Origin: Anthoceros angustus
Taxonomy: Eukaryota; Plantae; Anthocerotophyta
DNA: 64,000 nucleotides
Direction of reading: 5' to 3'
NCBI GenBank assembly: GCA_010909165.1
Contig: VJWM01000107.1
Location: 310,001-374,000 of the forward strand
The notes beneath the pieces were generated by a model. It saw only the letters and a list, made by a program, of their open reading frames with translations, was not told where the DNA came from and made no database searches. Positions 60,723 through 64,000 of the stretch are shown one piece after another (position 1 is the first letter of the stretch; each line of letters opens with the position of its first letter). The translations under genes and the position numbers were made by a program.

Positions 60723-61761
60723 TGCTTTCTTCATTCTGTTCCACAAGTAATTTGTGCTTAGGTTTGGCACCCAAGTCAAGCTTGGTGCATATGTATTGTA
60801 GCTAGCTAGCTAGCAGCGCATGTGGACAGCATCCAGCCCCCACAAGGCGCCTAAACCTGTATGTGGTAATCATGTACGCTACTCTAATCTTGCATGAGCC
60901 ACGGCTCCCGGATCCCTTCCTAAAAACCTAACAGTGTAGCTTATGTGTGTGACTGACTATTCAGCCGGCTGCCGGCACGCATACCAGTGGGCAAAACTCC
61001 AACCCGCCAACACTCCCGGAACCGAACCCAATTAGCCGCCTGCTAATTGCGACGGGCTGTGACTGTCGAGAGGAAGTCGAGGGTCAAAGGACACGCAGTG
61101 GGCCAGACCGCACCCGCCGCACTCTTCACTCCGCACTTGGTCTCCGCGGTGAAAAACGCATGGGAGAAATCCATTGGAACGGCGATCTTGCCAGGAACAT
61201 ACGAGACTCCAAAGCAACTTCCCTTTCCCGCGGGCGGCTTTCGGGGAAGGGAGGCCAGGCGCCAGGCGCCAGGCGCCAGGCCACTACCTCTATATATGTT
61301 TTACGGAGAGGGGCCCTCTGCAGGTTGCCTCTTGTAACTTGTGCATTTGCCCGCATCTCAGATTGGCATTCCTTCTTGCTTGCTGCCTTCTCTCTTCCGC
61401 GCGCCCTGCCTGCCGTCGGCGCTCCCCTCTCGCCGTTGCCCCTTCGCATTCCGGAAGGCTGTTCCACAGGCTTCTCCTCTCTGCGGTGCCTCGCTCCCGT
61501 GCCCCCGCTGCCTTTTGTGGCTTGTGGGATGCGCTTTGCGCGGCTGCGCCGCAGCGTGTAATGTTCGGACCTTTATTCCACTCCTCCGTCTTCGACTTGG
61601 AGCGGAAGCGGAAGCGGATGCGGAAGTGCAAGCTGAAGCTAACTTGTGAGGGCTGGAGGTTTGAGCCGCTCTCCGCTCGCCGAGCGGCAGCGTGGTGACG
61701 GTGGAAGTGAGGTACCGGTGCGGTGCGGTGCTGTGCTGTGATCTCAGTGTCACTCTGCAAA

Positions 61762-62262
61762 ATGTATGCGACGGAGGGAAGCAGCGCGGCCGGGAGTAAG
61801 GTAGGCAAGGTTGCCCGCCTCCTCAGAGCGGTGCGCAGGCTGGCGCGGAAGGAGCGTTTGGCGCAGGACGCCGCCTCCCTCTGCCACTCCCGCCCCTCTG
61901 CCGGCAGCGCGAGTCATCTGGACACGGCCAGTTCCGATTCCGAATTGGACGATGACTGGGACATGGACTGCGCGCCGGACGACGTCCCCGCGGGCTGCCT
62001 TGCGGTCTATGTCGGGGAGCAGGAGAAGCGGTTTGTCATTCCCGCGGCTTACCTGCGCCACACCTTGTTCCGGGCCTTGCTGGACAAGTCTGTGGAGGAG
62101 TTCGGCTACAATCAGCAAGGGGGACTGCATATTCCCTGCCAGGACCTAATCTTCGAGCACTTGCTGCTGCTAATCAGCAGCGGGGACCCCGCGTCGGAGT
62201 CTATGGGATTGTCCGACCTCCTTCATTTCTCCACGGACAGCGAGGGAGACCTGTCTGCATGA
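61762..62262 (+). CDS. SAUR: SAUR (small auxin-up RNA) family protein, intronless, 166 aa
   Basis: DVPAGCLAVYVGEQEKRFVIPAAYLRHTLFRALLDKSVEEFGYNQQGGLHIPC is the SAUR core. ATG at 61762. Confidence 0.95.
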   Translation: MYATEGSSAAGSKVGKVARLLRAVRRLARKERLAQDAASLCHSRPSAGSASHLDTASSDSELDDDWDMDCAPDDVPAGCLAVYVGEQEKRFVIPAAYLRHTLFRALLDKSVEEFGYNQQGGLHIPCQDLIFEHLLLLISSGDPASESMGLSDLLHFSTDSEGDLSA

Positions 62263-63564
62263 TCCGCTGCCCGGCCTTTTGGACGCTCTAATTTTCGGGG
62301 GAGGCTTCAAGCTCCATGCCTCCTTCCCCCGCTCCCTTGGTGTTGCTCTTCACCGTGGCTCCTGGCTGCCCCGCATCCCTAGCTCCTCTTTCTGGATTGA
62401 CACTGCAACGGCTCAGAGGGAGTCGGGAAACGAACCATGGCTTTGCGCTGCTGGCTCCCGGTGAACACATCTCATCTGACAGGAGAGTCGAGTGACGTAG
62501 AGTTCGTCTCGTGACAAGACCAATCCGGTCATCGGAGTCGCTCTGTTGTCAACTGTAAATACAAATTCTTTCTGCTTAGCCAGGCAGAAATTCTTTCTGC
62601 CTGGCATTCGGCCTTACCACCCTTCTCTTCACCACAAGAGTCAGCTGTCACATGCTGCACTTCCGCAGGAAGGTTAGGTACGTAGTACGCAAAGTTCAGA
62701 TATTTTTCAAGCTAGTAGTCCGGTCCACATGTTCCAGATAATGGTGCTCCTGTCTGGCAATGCTTCATTTCCTGCTGCTCTTCCTCCTCCTCTGGACAGC
62801 TTTTCTCCGATCCTCATTGGATCTGGCACTCGGGATTATGAATTACGGTTTCGAAGCCTCCCTGTTTGGAGTTGAAAAAGGAGGACAGCTCGAAGTGCAC
62901 CAGGCCTGCCCTGGAAATGTCTAGAATAGTTCCACTCCTCTTGAAGCACGAAACTAATCGGTGTTTATCTACCGTGCTCTTAAATTGTGCCAGCGATGGT
63001 TTCATGTGGCCACCCCTTGAGAATTTCGGTGACAATCTCGCCGCGAGAGTGGCGACCACGACGACTGCCGTGAGCGATGTGCAAGGCAGGACAAAATTCA
63101 GAGCCAGTCCGCAACTTCCTCGCTCCATTTTTTTGGCAACCAGACGTGCGATGCCCCGCTCCTGTGTACTCCTAACTCGTGCTCGTGCGGGCAGTAAGCT
63201 GCAGGTAGCGGAACCGCGTTTGTGCCAGCGTGCATATATACATATATGTGCTATCTTTTGTTTGGACTACGTTAGAGTGACACTGGTTTTGTGCACTCAC
63301 TCTCATGGCCTAATGGACCTGGATTCGGAAGCCTACATATGTACCTGTTTCACGTGGTGAAGGTAAGATCTTGGACCTGTCAAGTTGCGTGGAAAAAAGA
63401 AACCTAAATATCCTGACGACGAAAAAAACATGAAATCTAAAACTCGTGAGAAACCCAGCCAAAATTAATGATTAATCGCATCTGCAGTTTCTCTCGTTGC
63501 ACCAATCATCGCCAAGTTTTTATCACTAGCAAAGGTGATCATAAGGATAATATGGAGATAATAT

Positions 63565-63745
63565 GAAGAGATCGGCAATCTCATCTACCCCGAGCAGCCG
63601 ATGGGGAACAACCCACTAAAGGGCCGTAGGCCATGGGGGGCTAGCCCCCACAAATGTCAATCTCGTAGCTACCTACTGCTCAAAGTATGTCGTGGTCTGA
63701 GATAGTGATGCGGCATCATCGGCGCCGGTCGTAGGTAGGCCTTTT
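63565..63745 (-). mobile_element. Diverged copy of the 3' end of the CRE-like element found at 29340-29485
   Basis: GGGGAACAACCCACTAAAGGGCC...CACAAATGTCAATCTCGTAGCTACCTACTGCTCAAAGTATGTCGTGGTCTGAGATA matches the reverse complement of 29375-29455. TCATCGGCGCCGGTCGTAGGTAGGCCTTT matches 29340-29368 in direct orientation. Confidence 0.75.
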
Positions 63746-64000
63746 GCCGCTGGTTGCCATCCTGTTTAGAGGTGATCTCACCATCCGGGATGCCACCGAA
63801 CCTAGGAATGAATGTAGGAAGTGCTTTAATCCCAGATTGACGGAGTGTGTTTTTAGGGAAATTCAATAGAATACCTTTCCGCGCACCTTGCATCCAAAAC
63901 TTCTGCTAATATAGGGAACATCCCCTCCGCATTCCCTATCCAACAAGCTCACATTTGCCATTTATGGAAGTTTGTACCACTAGGAGTGCCGAAAGCAAAG

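Noticed and set aside
61000-61760. Canonical auxin response elements upstream of SAUR
   Set aside because: No clear TGTCTC or TGTCGG repeat pair was seen by eye, so no regulatory site is called.
62814-63128. Possible small secreted peptide gene (hydrophobic N-terminus, minus strand)
   Set aside because: No CLE, EPF, RALF or other recognisable peptide motif, and a competing plus-strand ORF overlaps it. Insufficient support without expression data.

Overview
Eukaryotic land-plant genomic DNA, not prokaryotic. Compact genes with mostly 60-120 nt GT-AG introns, ~50% GC and degenerate PLS/E-class PPR fragments suggest a Selaginella-like lycophyte (inference, no database check). About 1-16.7 kb is gene-free and repeat/TE-derived: a ~2-kb tandem duplication, a 135-bp satellite, and a complete 3,501-bp non-autonomous CACTA element (14-bp perfect TIRs, CAT target-site duplication). 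From 17.9 kb onward the order is: SINA E3 ligase (+), VPS26C/DSCR3 (-), CtpA S41 protease (+), a satellite/hairpin block, a CRE-like RLE non-LTR retrotransposon remnant next to tRNA-Asp(GTC), a PPR/CtpA chimeric pseudogene cluster, a NUDT1-like Nudix hydrolase (+), a small COX7c-like membrane protein (-), a conserved plastid protein (+), a kinesin-light-chain-related TPR protein (-), a putative orphan multi-exon gene with an intronic 22-bp minisatellite (-), a Fic/Fido-domain protein with a non-canonical active site (-), a divergent GSL8/10-type callose synthase with an unusual C-terminal CxxC-x11-CxxC extension (+), and a SAUR gene (+). The most interesting items are the His-to-Cys Fic protein head-to-head with the zinc-ribbon-tailed callose synthase, the CACTA element, the 46-bp-arm hairpin, the PPR-CtpA chimera, and the minisatellite built from splice-acceptor-like units. 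All homology calls come from recalled family motifs and need confirmation by search.
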